Below are positions 1 to 10,938 of a DNA stretch of 64,000 nt, one piece after another. Both the position numbers and the translations under genes were made by a program. The stretch is from an uncultured Acidobacteriota bacterium. Lineage in GTDB: Bacteria; Acidobacteriota; JAQAZP01. How positions within the stretch are numbered: the first letter of the stretch is position 1; the number at the start of each line of letters is the position of its first letter. The notes beneath the pieces were generated by a model. It did no database searches. It was not told the origin of the DNA and saw nothing but the letters and a program-made list of their open reading frames with translations. The stretch spans positions 2,048,001 to 2,112,000 of the forward strand of contig CAWIIB010000001.1 in the NCBI GenBank assembly GCA_963836075.1, read 5' to 3'.

Positions 1-11
1 CCGCAGCCGGT

Positions 12-692
12 TCAGGGGCGCGGACCGGGTGAATAGCCCTGGCCCTGCTCCTTCACGCCCACGGCATAGATCCGTTCCACATCGATCTCCGTATCGTAAG
101 CTTCACGCCGCTCGATGAACTCTATCGTGAACCCCGCCTGCCGGAAATACCCGGAGATCTCCTCCTCGGTGAACCAGGCGAACCAGATCCGGGCGCCGGT
201 GTCGAGCACGTCCTCCATCCACCCCTCCGTCTCCCCCACCTTCACCGCAATGAGCAGGGCACCCCCGGGGCGGAGCAGGCGATGGAACTCATCGAACAGA
301 CGGCCAACATGGCACTTGGGCGTGTGGATGATCGAGTAGTAGGCGAGAATGCCGTGGTAGCTTTCGTCGGCGCAGTCGAGTCGGCCCAGATCACCGACCC
401 GGATGGCAACCCCGGGGTTCAGTTCCCGGGCCAGGGCGACCGAGCGGTCCGAGATGTCCACGCCCTCAACGGTGACCCCCCGGTCCATGAGGTAACGTCC
501 GATGTGGAACGACGGGCCGCAGCCAGCGTCGAGGATCAGCGAGGATTTGTCGAACCGGGCGGCGAAACGGTCCAGGAGCTGCCGGTCGTAGGGCTTGCCC
601 TCCAGCTCGTCGTGGAACAGCTCGTGGTAGGTCCGGGCCGCGCGGTTCACCGCCTCCCGGGTCTCGGCGTTGATCTTGTCCAGCACGTCCAT
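12..692 (-). CDS. Class I SAM-dependent methyltransferase
   Basis: ILDAGCGP motif I, GVDIS, and the 'FHRLLRPGGALL' post-motif; GGAG RBS before ATG 692 (TTG 698 is an alternative start). Confidence 0.9.
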   Translation of the reverse strand: MDVLDKINAETREAVNRAARTYHELFHDELEGKPYDRQLLDRFAARFDKSSLILDAGCGPSFHIGRYLMDRGVTVEGVDISDRSVALARELNPGVAIRVGDLGRLDCADESYHGILAYYSIIHTPKCHVGRLFDEFHRLLRPGGALLIAVKVGETEGWMEDVLDTGARIWFAWFTEEEISGYFRQAGFTIEFIERREAYDTEIDVERIYAVGVKEQGQGYSPGPRP

Positions 693-706
693 GGTCAACT
701 CCAGAC

Positions 707-1195
707 CTACCGGGCGCGGAAGAGCCGCTTGACCAGCTGGATCTGTCCCGTGTGGTAGAGGTCGTGGGTCACCGCGCCGAACATCAGGTCAACGAAACGG
801 TAGCGGCCGCTGCCCGGAGCGATCTCGTCCAGCCGCCGGGCGTCGAAAGCCCGCACCACGGCCAGCAATTTTTCGTGCTCGGCGCCAAGCAAGCCGCGGT
901 CCTGCTTCCACGCCTTATCTTCCGCGACGTCCGACACCACCGGCCAGTTGGAGGGTTTGCGGGGAAAGGCCCCTTTGGGCGAATCCTCGAGGATGCGCCG
1001 CACCGCGTATTTCCAGTAGGCCAGGTGGAGCACCAAGGCCCAGATGCTGTGCCGCTCCGGCGCCGGCTGCCAGGCCGCCTCGACGCAACCCACGCCGCGC
1101 AGTGATCCGCCGGCGGTGGCCCCGCCATACCACAGCCGCTTCCCTGGGGACGGCTGGAGCAGATTGAGGATCTCGTCGATTCTATTGTCAGTCAT
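707..1195 (-). CDS. DinB family protein
   Basis: 'HSIWALVLHLAYW' and C-terminal 'HDLYHTGQI' His motifs typical of DinB/YfiT four-helix bundles. Confidence 0.85.
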   Translation of the reverse strand: MTDNRIDEILNLLQPSPGKRLWYGGATAGGSLRGVGCVEAAWQPAPERHSIWALVLHLAYWKYAVRRILEDSPKGAFPRKPSNWPVVSDVAEDKAWKQDRGLLGAEHEKLLAVVRAFDARRLDEIAPGSGRYRFVDLMFGAVTHDLYHTGQIQLVKRLFRAR

Positions 1196-1258
1196 CCTGC
1201 ATCTCCATTGAATACTCTGGTATTATGGCATTTGTTCAGACCATGGAGAAAGGAAGGA

Positions 1259-4211
1259 ATGAGGATGCCACGCCCAGCACTCCGCGCTCCCCTGTTTTTC
1301 ACCCTGCTGATCCTGCTCGCCTCATCCGCGGTGGCCGGCCCGCCATCGGCCATACACACCTCGTACGGGTCGTTCGATCCGCTGGCCGGCCCGCCGCCCG
1401 ACCCTCTGCAGTTTAAAGCTGCCCCGGGCAATACCATCCGCCTGCTCCAGGTGACCGGCAGACTCAGCTCGGACGAGATCGAGGCGCTGAAGACCGCCGG
1501 CGTCAGGCTGCTGGGCTATGTCCCCCACAACACCTACGTGGCCGACATCCCGGCCTCCCTGGCCCAACGAATCAGCGCCCTGCCCACGGTGCGCTGGATC
1601 GGGGAACTCCCTCCCGGCTGGCGTATCGAATCCGGGCTGCTGCACCAGCCGCCGGAGGAGCTGGTGGTGCGCATCGATTATTTCCCGGACGAGGACAGCG
1701 ACCGGAACCGCCAGGCCGTGCGCGATACGGTGTCCGCCTGGTCCGGCGGACTGATCGAGGAATACCTATCCATCCCGGTGCTCCGCGCCCGGGTGCCGGC
1801 GGCGGCGCTGGTCGATCTGGCCCGGCTGCCCGGGGTCCGCTGGATCGAGCAGTGGCACCCGCCGCAACCGGCGATGGACAATGGCCGCTATCAGCTGGGG
1901 GCCCGGCCCCTGCACGTCCACCAGGCCTGGGACGGCAGCGGCATCGTCGGCGAGATCCGTGACAACGGCATCGACCTGACCCACCCCGACTTCGGCAACC
2001 TGATCGGCACCCACGGCGACATCATTATGGATCTCCACGGTACCGGCACCTTCGGCATCGTCTTTGCCGACGGCGCTGCCGGGTCCTACCAGAGCCTCAG
2101 GGCCCGGGGGATGATGACCGGCGGCAGCGGCGTCTTCTGCGACTGGCGGGTCGGCACGGCCGACTCGGTACAAGAACCTGGCCGAGGAGTGGGACGGCCG
2201 GTTCCAGAGCAACAGCTTTGTCGGCGGCGTGCTCAACGGCCGCTACACCGGGATGTCCCGGGAAAACGACCTGGTCACCAACGCCCACGACATCCTGTTG
2301 CTCTATGCCGGGGGGAACAACGGCATCGAACCGTACAAGATCTCCCAGCATGCCTGCGCGAAAAACGTCATCGGCGTGGGGGCCATCTTCCACTATGACA
2401 ACGACGACCCCGGCGATGACGACTGGCATATCGCCGGCGGCGCCCCGAGCCAGGGGCCGGCGGAAGACGGCCGGGTCAAGCCCGACCTGGTGGGCTACTA
2501 CGACAGCATCTTCACCACCGACCCGGTGGGCCCGGCCGGCGGCACGGCCAGCGATTACACCACCATGTTCGGCGGCACCAGCGGGGCCTGCCCCATGGTG
2601 GCCGGCGCCGCCGGGCTGGTCTACCAGATGCTGGAAGGGGGGCACCTGGGCGCCGTGCCCCCGGGTGAACGGGGACACACGGCCACGGTGAAGGCGATCC
2701 TCATCGCCCACACCAACCAGTACCCGCTGGAGCGGGCCACACGCTATCAGCAGGGCTGGGGGATACCTGACGTAAGCCGGGTCCACGCAGCCGGCCGCAA
2801 CATGCTGGTGGTCAACGGCGGCCACCCCCTGTCCACCGGCGAAAGCCGCAGCTTCCAGGTCCGGCGGTATGCCGCCGGTGAGCCGCTGCGCATCAGCCTG
2901 GTCTGGGCCGACCGGGAGGCCGAGATGATGGCCAACCCCACCCTGGTCAACGATCTTGACCTGAGGGTCACCTCCCCCAGCGGCACGGTGTTCCACGGGA
3001 ATCGCGGCTTGCACGGCAACCTCTGGTCCCTGCCGGACGGTGATTTTGACCGCCTGAACAACGTGGAAAACGTCTTTATCGAGGAGCCCGAAGCCGGTCT
3101 GTACACCATCGAGGTGACGGCCTGGAACGTGCCGCTGGACAACCACCCCGACGCCGGCATCAACCAGGACTTCTCGCTCTGCGCCACCATGACGGAAGGG
3201 GCCCCGTCGCCGTTCATCGTCACCGGCCCCGGGCCATACAGTTTCAACGACCCGCTGGTCCGCACCTGGGACCCGCTGGCCCCCTCCTGTCTCGTGGAGT
3301 GGAAGGCCTACGGCCTGGACCGCTACGGGGTGAACGTGGCCGCCGGCGACACCGACGGCGACGGCCATGACGAGATTATCACCGGCGCCGGTCCGGGGAC
3401 CGTCTTCGGCCCCCATGTGCGGGGATTCAGCCGCTCAGGGTGGCCGCTGGACCGGATCAATTTCCTGGCCTACGGCACGAACAAGTACGGGGTGAATGTC
3501 GCCGCGGGAGACCTGGACGGCAACGGAATCGACGAGATCATCACCGGCGCCGGTCCGGGAGCGGTGTTCGGCCCCCACGTGCGGGGCTGGGCCGTGGGCG
3601 CGACGGCCACCACCCCCCTCGCCGGGATCAGCTACTTCGCCTACGGCACACCGAAATACGGGGCCAACGTCAGCTGCGGCGACATCGACGGAGACGGCTT
3701 TGACGAGATCGTCACCGGTGCCGGTCCGGGTGCGGTGTATGGCGCCCACGTGCGCGGCTGGAACTGCGACGGCACGACGGGTGCCGCAGCCATGCCGGGG
3801 GTGAGCTTCTTCGCCTACGGCACACCCCAGTGGGGAGTGAAGGTGGCCTGCGGCGATATCGACGGCGACGGCCTGGACGAGATGATCACCGGCCCCGGCC
3901 CCGGCCTGGAGTTCGGGCCGCACCTCCGCGCGTTCGCCTTTGACGGAAGTGGTGTGGCGCCCGTCCCGGACATCAGCCAGTTTGTTTACGACGGATATCT
4001 CTACGGGCTTACCGTGGGGGCCGCGGATGTGGACGGCGACAGCTTCGCCGAAATCCTCACCATGCCCGGCCCCGATCCCGAGGCACTGCCCTGGCTCAGG
4101 GTCTGGGATGCCGACGGCGGTTCGCTACAGCTGAAACCGGAGTTCGATGACAACGCCTACGATGAACTGAACATCTCTCACGGTGGGACCGTGGCCGGAG
4201 GTGTTTTTTGA
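1259..4211 (+). CDS. Secreted S8 (KP-43-like) serine protease with C-terminal FG-GAP-like propeller module; split by a +1 frameshift at ~2167-2171 (probable sequencing error)
   Basis: Signal peptide and prodomain. Triad D (EIRDNGID), H (LHGTGTFG), S (FGGTSGACP), oxyanion N (AGGN). Jelly-roll domain 'LVNDLDLRV...NNVENV'. Removing one base in GGTAC joins ORFs 1208..2398 and 2229..4211 colinearly with the intact paralog 41919..44894. Confidence 0.9.
3213..4208 (+). repeat. C-terminal propeller module, copy 1 (5 full + 1 split ~57-aa coding repeats)
   Basis: Repeats of GVNVAxGDxDGDGxDEIxTGAGPGAVFGPHVR...FAYGT; ends GGTVAGGVF*. Confidence 0.9.
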
Positions 4212-4819
4212 CATTCCAACTGCTTGTCGTGCACTGGCGAGAGCAGGGTCAGGGAGAGCAGCGCGCCCAGCAGCGCGAGGAACATGTCCCACTGGGTGTC
4301 CCAGACGTCTCCCTGGGTGCCGAGAAATGAGTCCGCCGCTTCCCCGCCGGCCAGGGCCGCCCACCACTCGATCATCTCGTAAAAAGCACTGAAGGCGAGA
4401 CAGACACAGGTGACGAGGAAAAAGAGCCAGCCCCCGCGCAGGGCCGGTACCTTTTTGCGCAGTATCTCACGGGCCAGGATGGCCGGGACGAAGCCCTGGG
4501 CCAGGTGCCCCAGCCGGTCGTAGTGGTTGCGGCCGAGATCCAAGAGCTCCTGGACCCAGAACCCCGGCGGCACCCGGGCATAGGTGTAGTGGCCGCCGAG
4601 AATCAGGATCAGGGCGTGGAAAAAGAGCAGCCGGTAGAGCAGCGGCGTGGGCCGGAAACGGTTCCAGGTGAGCATGAGGACCGGGACACCGATGAGCACC
4701 GGGGCCACCTCCAGCAGCCAGGTGGTCCGGTCAAACGGCCGGATCCCGGAGACGATCAGGGCCAGCAGGCAAAGTGCCAGCAGGACCAGCGGTTCGGTGT
4801 TCCGGCGCTCACCGGTCAT
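4178..4819 (-). CDS. DUF2238/YjdF-like inner membrane protein
   Basis: 'TWLLE', 'GGHYTYARVP', 'RNHYDRLGH', 'FLGTQGDVWDTQWDM' signature; start at MTGERR overlaps the upstream gene end. Confidence 0.85.
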   Translation of the reverse strand: MTGERRNTEPLVLLALCLLALIVSGIRPFDRTTWLLEVAPVLIGVPVLMLTWNRFRPTPLLYRLLFFHALILILGGHYTYARVPPGFWVQELLDLGRNHYDRLGHLAQGFVPAILAREILRKKVPALRGGWLFFLVTCVCLAFSAFYEMIEWWAALAGGEAADSFLGTQGDVWDTQWDMFLALLGALLSLTLLSPVHDKQLECQKTPPATVPP

Positions 4820-5390
4820 GATTGATCCTCTCCAGGGTCCGCACCAGCTCGGCCCCCAGGCCGAAAACGGCCTGCTGCTTGCTCTCGTCCACCAGCCCCC
4901 CCTGCTCATCAAAGGCCTTGAACGCCCCGGGCAGGGTCTGCTGGGCGGGGAGCACCAGCACCTGGAGGTTGGCCAGCAGCATCCGCAGGTGGACCAGCCC
5001 CCGTATCCCGCCCAACCCCCCGGGTGAGGCGGCCAGCAGTGCGGCAGCCTTCCCCTTATACGCGGCGTAGGGCGGTTCGCTCTCCGATTCGACCCGGGAG
5101 GCCCAGTCGAGGGCGTTCTTCAGCAGCGGGCTGAACGCACCGTTGTATTCCGGCGAAGCGATCAGAAAGCCGTCATGCTCGATGAGCAGCCGCTTGAATG
5201 CCCGGGCAGGGTCGGGCATCCCGTCCTGCGCCTCCAGGTCCTGGTTGAACAGCGGCATGGGGTAGTCCGCCAGGTCGATCTCGGTCACCCGGGCGCCGGC
5301 ATCCCGGGCGCCGGCGGCGGCGATACGCACCAGTTTTTTATTGAACGATTCCTCACGGCTGCTTCCGGCAAAGGCGAGCACTGAAAGCAT
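4809..5390 (-). CDS. NADPH-dependent FMN reductase
   Basis: 'GSSREESFN', 'SPEYNG', 'LKNALDWASR', 'ASPGGLGG' flavodoxin-like motifs. Confidence 0.92.
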   Translation of the reverse strand: MLSVLAFAGSSREESFNKKLVRIAAAGARDAGARVTEIDLADYPMPLFNQDLEAQDGMPDPARAFKRLLIEHDGFLIASPEYNGAFSPLLKNALDWASRVESESEPPYAAYKGKAAALLAASPGGLGGIRGLVHLRMLLANLQVLVLPAQQTLPGAFKAFDEQGGLVDESKQQAVFGLGAELVRTLERINHDR

Positions 5391-5527
5391 GTCAAAGACC
5401 CTCCTCTCGTAAAATATTGATTTCCCCAGAGTCGATTTAAACTCACCTCATCTGTGTGATAGCATATATCTATAAATCATGTCTCGGAACATGGGTTGGT
5501 TTTCGAGCATCGATAAAGAGGTATCTC

Positions 5528-6949
5528 GTGCGCGAAAAGTCCGAGCCCATTTTTTACGTACCCCTCTTTTTGACTGTACTAATACTCTTCATCGTCTCTT
5601 TTGCCTGCGGCTCCTGGCGCAACAAGCCGGTGAGTTCGCCGATCCTGGTCGTGGGCGTGGACGGCATCGAATGGGAGCTGGCCCTGCCGCTGGTCGCCGA
5701 GGGCCGGATGCCCACCTTCGAGCGCTTGATGGCCGAAGGGCGCTACGGCCTCCTGGAGACTCTGGTCCCCACCGATTCTCCGGTGATCTGGACCACGGTG
5801 GCCACCGGAATGCCGAAAAGCGTGCACGCCATTCTCGGTTTTGCCAACACCAACCGTCCGCAAAACATCTCGCTCTACGACAACAGCTACCGGCAAGCCC
5901 CTGCCCTGTGGAACATCCTGTCCAATTTCGAGAAACGGGTCTGCGTGGTGGGCTGGTGGATGACCTGGCCAGCCGAACCGGTGAACGGGGTGATGGTAGC
6001 CCAAACCAACACCATGGACCAGTTCGATACCGCCAGGGGGAGGGAAACCTGGAAGGGTGCGATCCGTCCGGGTGTGGCCGGCCAGGTCTATCCTCCCGAG
6101 CTGGAGAGCAGGATCATGAGCACCCTCGGAGAAGTGGAGACCGAGCTGCCCCGGATCACCGAGGAGATCTTCGGACAGTTTCCGCACCCCCTCTCCCGCC
6201 TGGGTGACCAGCTCTGGTCGAACTGCCACTGGTCCTTCCGCGCCGACCAGACCTATGCCCGCATTGCCCACCGGCTGATCGCCGAGGAGGAACCGTTCGA
6301 CCTGTCCATGGTCTACTTCGGCGGCTCGGATGTGGCGGGACACCGTTTCCTCCGCTACATGAAACCGGAACTGTTTGACCACCCCCCCACAGCCGAACAG
6401 GTGGCCAACTTCCGCAGCGTGATCAGTAACTACTATTCCTGGCTCGACTCGGAAATCGGCCGCTTGATCGAACTCTACCCGGAGGATGTCACCGTGATCG
6501 TCCTCTCCGACCACGGCATGGTGCCAGTGAACCGGGAAAACCTTTTCGACCCGGACGACATTCCGGAGGATGTCAATTCCGGCCACCACCATGACGGGCC
6601 ACCGGGCATCTTCATCGCCGCCGGCCCATTTATCGTACCCGCGGAGAATGCCCTGCCACCGGCAGCCCTCCGGCGAGATGACCTGCCTACGGTGGGCAGC
6701 GTGTATGATCTGGCGCCCACCATTCTGGCCATGCTCCGTCTTCCCCGGGGCCGTGACATGGAGGGGCGCGTGCTCGACGAACTCTTTGCCGAGCGTTTCC
6801 AGATCGACCTCCAACCCCGGATGGTCAGCTCTCACACCAGCATGGAATTTCTCCAATCTCGAAAGAAACTCCATCGGGACAATCCGGCCGAGGACACCCG
6901 CATCGAGCAACTGCAGAACCTTGGATACCTTCCCCACCCGGACCAGTGA
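5528..6949 (+). CDS. Alkaline phosphatase superfamily protein (type I phosphodiesterase/NPP-like), exported
   Basis: N-terminal hydrophobic segment, 'VVGVDG', 'PTDSPVIWTTVATG', 'DVAGH', 'LSDHG'; GTG 5528 follows AAGAGG. Confidence 0.85.
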   Translation: MREKSEPIFYVPLFLTVLILFIVSFACGSWRNKPVSSPILVVGVDGIEWELALPLVAEGRMPTFERLMAEGRYGLLETLVPTDSPVIWTTVATGMPKSVHAILGFANTNRPQNISLYDNSYRQAPALWNILSNFEKRVCVVGWWMTWPAEPVNGVMVAQTNTMDQFDTARGRETWKGAIRPGVAGQVYPPELESRIMSTLGEVETELPRITEEIFGQFPHPLSRLGDQLWSNCHWSFRADQTYARIAHRLIAEEEPFDLSMVYFGGSDVAGHRFLRYMKPELFDHPPTAEQVANFRSVISNYYSWLDSEIGRLIELYPEDVTVIVLSDHGMVPVNRENLFDPDDIPEDVNSGHHHDGPPGIFIAAGPFIVPAENALPPAALRRDDLPTVGSVYDLAPTILAMLRLPRGRDMEGRVLDELFAERFQIDLQPRMVSSHTSMEFLQSRKKLHRDNPAEDTRIEQLQNLGYLPHPDQ

Positions 6950-6965
6950 GAACCGGCCGCCCCCG

Positions 6966-7001
6966 AAAAACAGAACGCCCGTCTCCAGGAAGGGTCGTTC
7001 T
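6966..7001 (-). terminator. Intrinsic terminator downstream of rubrerythrin (possibly bidirectional)
   Basis: Minus strand GAACGACCC...GGGCGTTC followed by TGTTTTT, between convergent genes. Confidence 0.6.
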
Positions 7002-7072
7002 CCCTGTTGACGGGCGATCGCGGTTGCAGTCGGGACCAGGCGGCAACCCGACTGTTTCCGTCGTGGTCGTGG

Positions 7073-7618
7073 CTAGAAATAGCGTTCAAGAAGGCCCTTG
7101 AAGGCCTGGCCGTGACGAGCCTCGTCCTTGCACATCTCGTGCACCGTATCGTGAATCGCGTCGTAGCCCAGTTCCTTGGCCCTGGTGGCGATATCCTTTT
7201 TGCCCTTGCAGGCGCCATGCTCGGCGGCAACACGGGCTTTGAGGTTTTCTCTGGTATCGGCCACCAGCACCTCACCCAGCATTTCGGCAAACCTGGCGGC
7301 GTGCTCCGCCTCCTCGAAGGCAATACGCTTGTAGGCCTCGGCCACCTCGGGAAAGCCCTCCCGCTCGGCCTGGCGGCTCATCGCCAGATACATGCCCACT
7401 TCGGTGCACTCACCGGTGAAGTTGGCCCGCAACCCCTCGAGGATCCCCGGGTCCGCATCCTTTGCCACCCCGATCCGGTGCTCATCGGCCCAGGCCATCT
7501 CCTCATCGCTGCCCTGCTCTTCGAACTTCTCGGCCGGCGCACCGCACTGGGGGCAGGCATCCGGAGGAGTGTCGCCTTCATGAACATAACCGCAAATAGT
7601 GCAAATCCACTTTTTCAT
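7073..7618 (-). CDS. rbr: Reverse rubrerythrin (N-terminal rubredoxin + ferritin-like di-iron domain)
   Basis: CTICGY...CPQC rubredoxin, then 'GECTE', 'EEAEH', 'DEARH' di-iron ligands. Confidence 0.92.
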   Translation of the reverse strand: MKKWICTICGYVHEGDTPPDACPQCGAPAEKFEEQGSDEEMAWADEHRIGVAKDADPGILEGLRANFTGECTEVGMYLAMSRQAEREGFPEVAEAYKRIAFEEAEHAARFAEMLGEVLVADTRENLKARVAAEHGACKGKKDIATRAKELGYDAIHDTVHEMCKDEARHGQAFKGLLERYF

Positions 7619-7757
7619 CTCTCTGTCTCCCGTCGCAGATACATATTGAAAATACAGCGTTTCCATCAGCAGGCCGGGCCAGCCACATGCCTGACAGCCA
7701 ATGATCGGGGTTCTCTGACCCCGAAAGAAGGCCTGATTCTACACTGAAACAGGGGGG

Positions 7758-8973
7758 CTACCAAACAAGCTCGAGGCCCAGTGATAAAGCATACCGCTGC
7801 AGGGCGGTCCGGCCCGCTTCCCCGTCGGCCGCTGAAGCCGGACAGCGAGAATCGGCCCCTTCGAATCGGCAGGAAAGCACCCGAAGTGTGCTGTTTTTGC
7901 GGTCCGCCTTGAGATCGTATCGCGCCACCAGCCGCTCACCGGCCAGCACCGGGAGACAGTAGTAGCCATACAACCGCTTCGGCGCCGGCTTGTAGATCTC
8001 CAGCACCTGGTCAAATCCGAACAGCCGGCGCACCCGGGCCCGGTCCCAGAGCAACGGGTCAAAAGGCGAGAGAAGAACACCCTGGTCCACCCGGGGCCGC
8101 AGACGGTCCAGGCGGTGAACCAGTTCCAGGTCCGCCGGCCGGATCCAGCCCGCCGCGGGCCGGACGCCCCCCGAATTTTCCAACCGGCAGGGCACCACCT
8201 CTCCCCTGCGGGTCAGCCGGCGAAATGCGGCCTCCAGCGGCTTCCGCTTGTTGGATAAACGCCAGGTGGCCGCCAGCGTCCCGCTGGACGCCCACCCGTG
8301 GCCTTCCAGCGCCTTGAGCAGCAGGCAGTCGAGGCTCGCTTCCAGTCTGGTTGTCTGCTGCCGCAGGCCGGCGGGAATGACCCTTTCACTGAGATCGAAA
8401 ACGCGCAGGAACTTCCGTCGTTCCCGGATGGCCAGGTCCCCCCTGGACCAGAGGGCCGAAGCCACCTGTCTCGCCGTCTTGAGGTCCCACCAGCCACGGC
8501 TGCCCCGCCCCTCCATCTCGATGGAGAGCAGCGGCCCCTCCTCCCTGATCCGCTGGAGGAGCCGCCGGGCCACGCGCGGGTGCCGGGCCAGCAGATCACC
8601 CCACCAGGGATGGGTGCGGTACTCGCGCCGGCGGAAACCGAAGAGGGGGTAAAGCTCGAGGGGGATCCAGCTGGCTTCGTGGCCCCAGGTACTCGAAGAG
8701 CGGAGCCCCCGGCCGGAGCAGTTCCTCGCCGAGGGACGGGTCAAAGCCCTCGAGACGTGAGAGAAGGACAATGACATGACTGCGGGCCCCGGCAATGGAG
8801 ACGGTATCCAGCTGCAGGTAGCCGAAACGGCCGATCACCCGCTGCGCCGCTTCCCGGGCCCGCTTTCCCCCACCGGCGGCGCGGCGCGGCAATCCGGTCC
8901 AGTGGGGTTTGAGGAGCCCGGCCCGGACCAGGGCCAGCCGGCGGGCCAAGCGGATGCTCAGACAGGTTGTCAT
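7758..8973 (-). CDS. YcaQ/AlkZ-family winged-helix DNA crosslink glycosylase; +1 frameshift at ~8688-8692
   Basis: 'LQLDTVSIAGARSH' (QxD motif) in ORF 8596..8973 and 'LLSPFDPLLWDR...EIYKPAPKRLYGYYCLPVL' in ORF 7758..8795; deleting one base restores 'LFEYWGHEAS'. Confidence 0.85.
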
Positions 8974-9530
8974 GGGTCCGCTCGGGTCTCCACTTCGCCG
9001 GGCAGGCTGTCGATCCGCAGCAGGACCAGTTCACCCAGCTTCTCGGTGCTGACCAGGTAGTGCCGCTTCCGGATTCCGGCGGGGGTCACCGTGAACTGGT
9101 ATGCCGGGACCTGCTCCTGCCCCTCCCCCGATGCCGCCGTGTGGCCCACCAGCATCCTGATGGTGCAGCCCGAGCAGTGAACGGAGGCGCCGCAGCCACC
9201 CGGCTCACCGGCATTGACGCACTCCATCACGTTCCCTCCCCGCTGGCCATCCATCTGATCCATGGTTTTGCCAAATGAAGCGGCAGCTTCATCGTTGGCC
9301 GCCACCACCAGCCCCGCGGTGCCGTCCACCACCAGCACCGGGCCCTCCAGACGGCAGAGCAGCTTGTCCAGGGATATATCCTTGTAGTTTGAGAGGATGT
9401 GATCGCAGGCGGGACAAATACCGTGGGTCACCGGATACTTGTGGTATTCGGGTCGAGCCACCAGCCCCATCTCCCCACCGCACCAGGCACAGACCCGGCG
9501 AACGGTGTCCGGCCCCTTGGTATCCAGCAT
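8970..9530 (-). CDS. Cys-rich hypothetical protein (CxxC...HGICxxC finger + PAS-like domain)
   Basis: VCAWC...THGICPAC, 'VLVVD...VVAAN', C-x7-CG-x4-CxxC; stop overlaps the start of the YcaQ-like gene. Confidence 0.65.
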   Translation of the reverse strand: MLDTKGPDTVRRVCAWCGGEMGLVARPEYHKYPVTHGICPACDHILSNYKDISLDKLLCRLEGPVLVVDGTAGLVVAANDEAAASFGKTMDQMDGQRGGNVMECVNAGEPGGCGASVHCSGCTIRMLVGHTAASGEGQEQVPAYQFTVTPAGIRKRHYLVSTEKLGELVLLRIDSLPGEVETRADP

Positions 9531-9586
9531 TTTTGCACCTCATCCCGGGCACGGCCATCTCCCGTATCGTGGGTGCCGAGAGAACG

Positions 9587-10717
9587 TCAGCCCCCGGTAG
9601 GCCCCCCGGAGAGGATCTCCGCCATGGCGGGATCTTCGGTCAGTCGTCTGAGGATCAACTCGGCAACAAAGCGGTTGCCCTCCTCGTTGAAGTGGCCCGC
9701 CGCCGCCGGATAGTCCAGCTCCCCCTCGGGGATAAAGAGACCGGCCATACTGCTGAAGGGGCGGGAGCGGAACTCGGTCACCAGGTCGATCAGCGGCAGG
9801 CCGTGACGGTCCGCCTCCTGCCGAAAGAACCGGATCCACTCCTGGGGAGCCGCACCCCGCAGTTCATCGATCACCGGGAAGTAGACCAGCACCAGGCGGC
9901 TCGATTTCTCGCGGTTCAACTTCTCCATTTCAGTGATGATCAGGCTGAGCACCTCACGGGTGTTCACGTTCTGGTCAGTCACCCCCGTCTCGGCGGCCCT
10001 GCGGCCGGCACCGAGAGCGCCGGTCAGCAGCTGGGCCTTGCGCAGGCGCTTGAAGTTGTGCACGTTCTTGATCAGCCAGGAGAGGCGGTAGGTGCGCTGC
10101 GGCACCGGCACGTTCTTCACCACCAGTTCCTCTTCCTCGGTGATGACCAGAGGCTTGCCGTAGCCGATGAAGCTGTCGGACTGCATCCGCTGGAAGTCGT
10201 CGGTGATGAACGCCAGGATCTGCAGCTGGTGGTCGAGTTCCATCCCGTCACGCCGGTACCAGAGCCAGGCCTGGTCGATGCCGTAGCCCCCCTGGCCCAT
10301 GTTCACCGTCTCGATCACCGGGTCGAGGTCGGCCAGTTGACGGCACCAGGTGTGGTCGTTGCTCACACCGTAACCGAGGGTGAAGGAATCCCCGGAGCAG
10401 ATGATCCGGACCCTGCCCTCCGGCACCTCCGGAGCCACCTCCTGGTTGGCCCTGAACCCCTGTCCGTTGGTCCTGAGGTAGATGCCTTCGCCGTACATGT
10501 CCGGCAGGTGCAGGTCGGGGATGTTGACCCAGCCCAGGTCGGGGTCATAGCGGGTGTGACGCCGCTCGGCCAGGGATCGGGTGGCCAGGATATCACTGCC
10601 CAACAACATGTAGCTGGCCAACCCTTCGACCACCAGCAGCAAGAGGCACAATACCCCCAGGTTCACGGCGAGGATGCGAAGAATTTTATTCAGTTTTGAA
10701 GCCGGGGGGCCGCTCAC
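9587..10717 (-). CDS. Membrane-anchored SGNH/GDSL hydrolase
   Basis: N-terminal TM, 'SGDSFTLG', 'NMGQGGY', 'GHFNEEGN'. Confidence 0.85.
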   Translation of the reverse strand: MSGPPASKLNKILRILAVNLGVLCLLLLVVEGLASYMLLGSDILATRSLAERRHTRYDPDLGWVNIPDLHLPDMYGEGIYLRTNGQGFRANQEVAPEVPEGRVRIICSGDSFTLGYGVSNDHTWCRQLADLDPVIETVNMGQGGYGIDQAWLWYRRDGMELDHQLQILAFITDDFQRMQSDSFIGYGKPLVITEEEELVVKNVPVPQRTYRLSWLIKNVHNFKRLRKAQLLTGALGAGRRAAETGVTDQNVNTREVLSLIITEMEKLNREKSSRLVLVYFPVIDELRGAAPQEWIRFFRQEADRHGLPLIDLVTEFRSRPFSSMAGLFIPEGELDYPAAAGHFNEEGNRFVAELILRRLTEDPAMAEILSGGPTGG

Positions 10718-10869
10718 CAGTTTGCTCCGTTGTCCCGGACCGGCGGGCGGGGCGCCCCCGGTGCCACTGAAACCCGGGATTGTTCATTACCAGCACGGAC
10801 GATTCCCGGATCACGCCCTGGCCAGGCAAAAACATAAGTATACCAGTTCAGCGGGCAGAGCGGTTATGG

Positions 10870-10897
10870 AAAAACGCCCCCGGACAGCCGGGGGCGT
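10870..10897 (-). terminator. Intrinsic terminator of the M1 peptidase gene
   Basis: Perfect ACGCCCCCGG/CCGGGGGCGT stem followed by a T run on the minus strand. Confidence 0.8.
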
Positions 10898-10938
10898 AAG
10901 ACAATTCACTCATCTGGCGGCCACGGCTAGCGCTGTTG

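Noticed and set aside
9275-10699. 474-aa plus-strand ORF
   Set aside because: Antisense to the SGNH hydrolase and the Cys-rich gene; no recognisable domain
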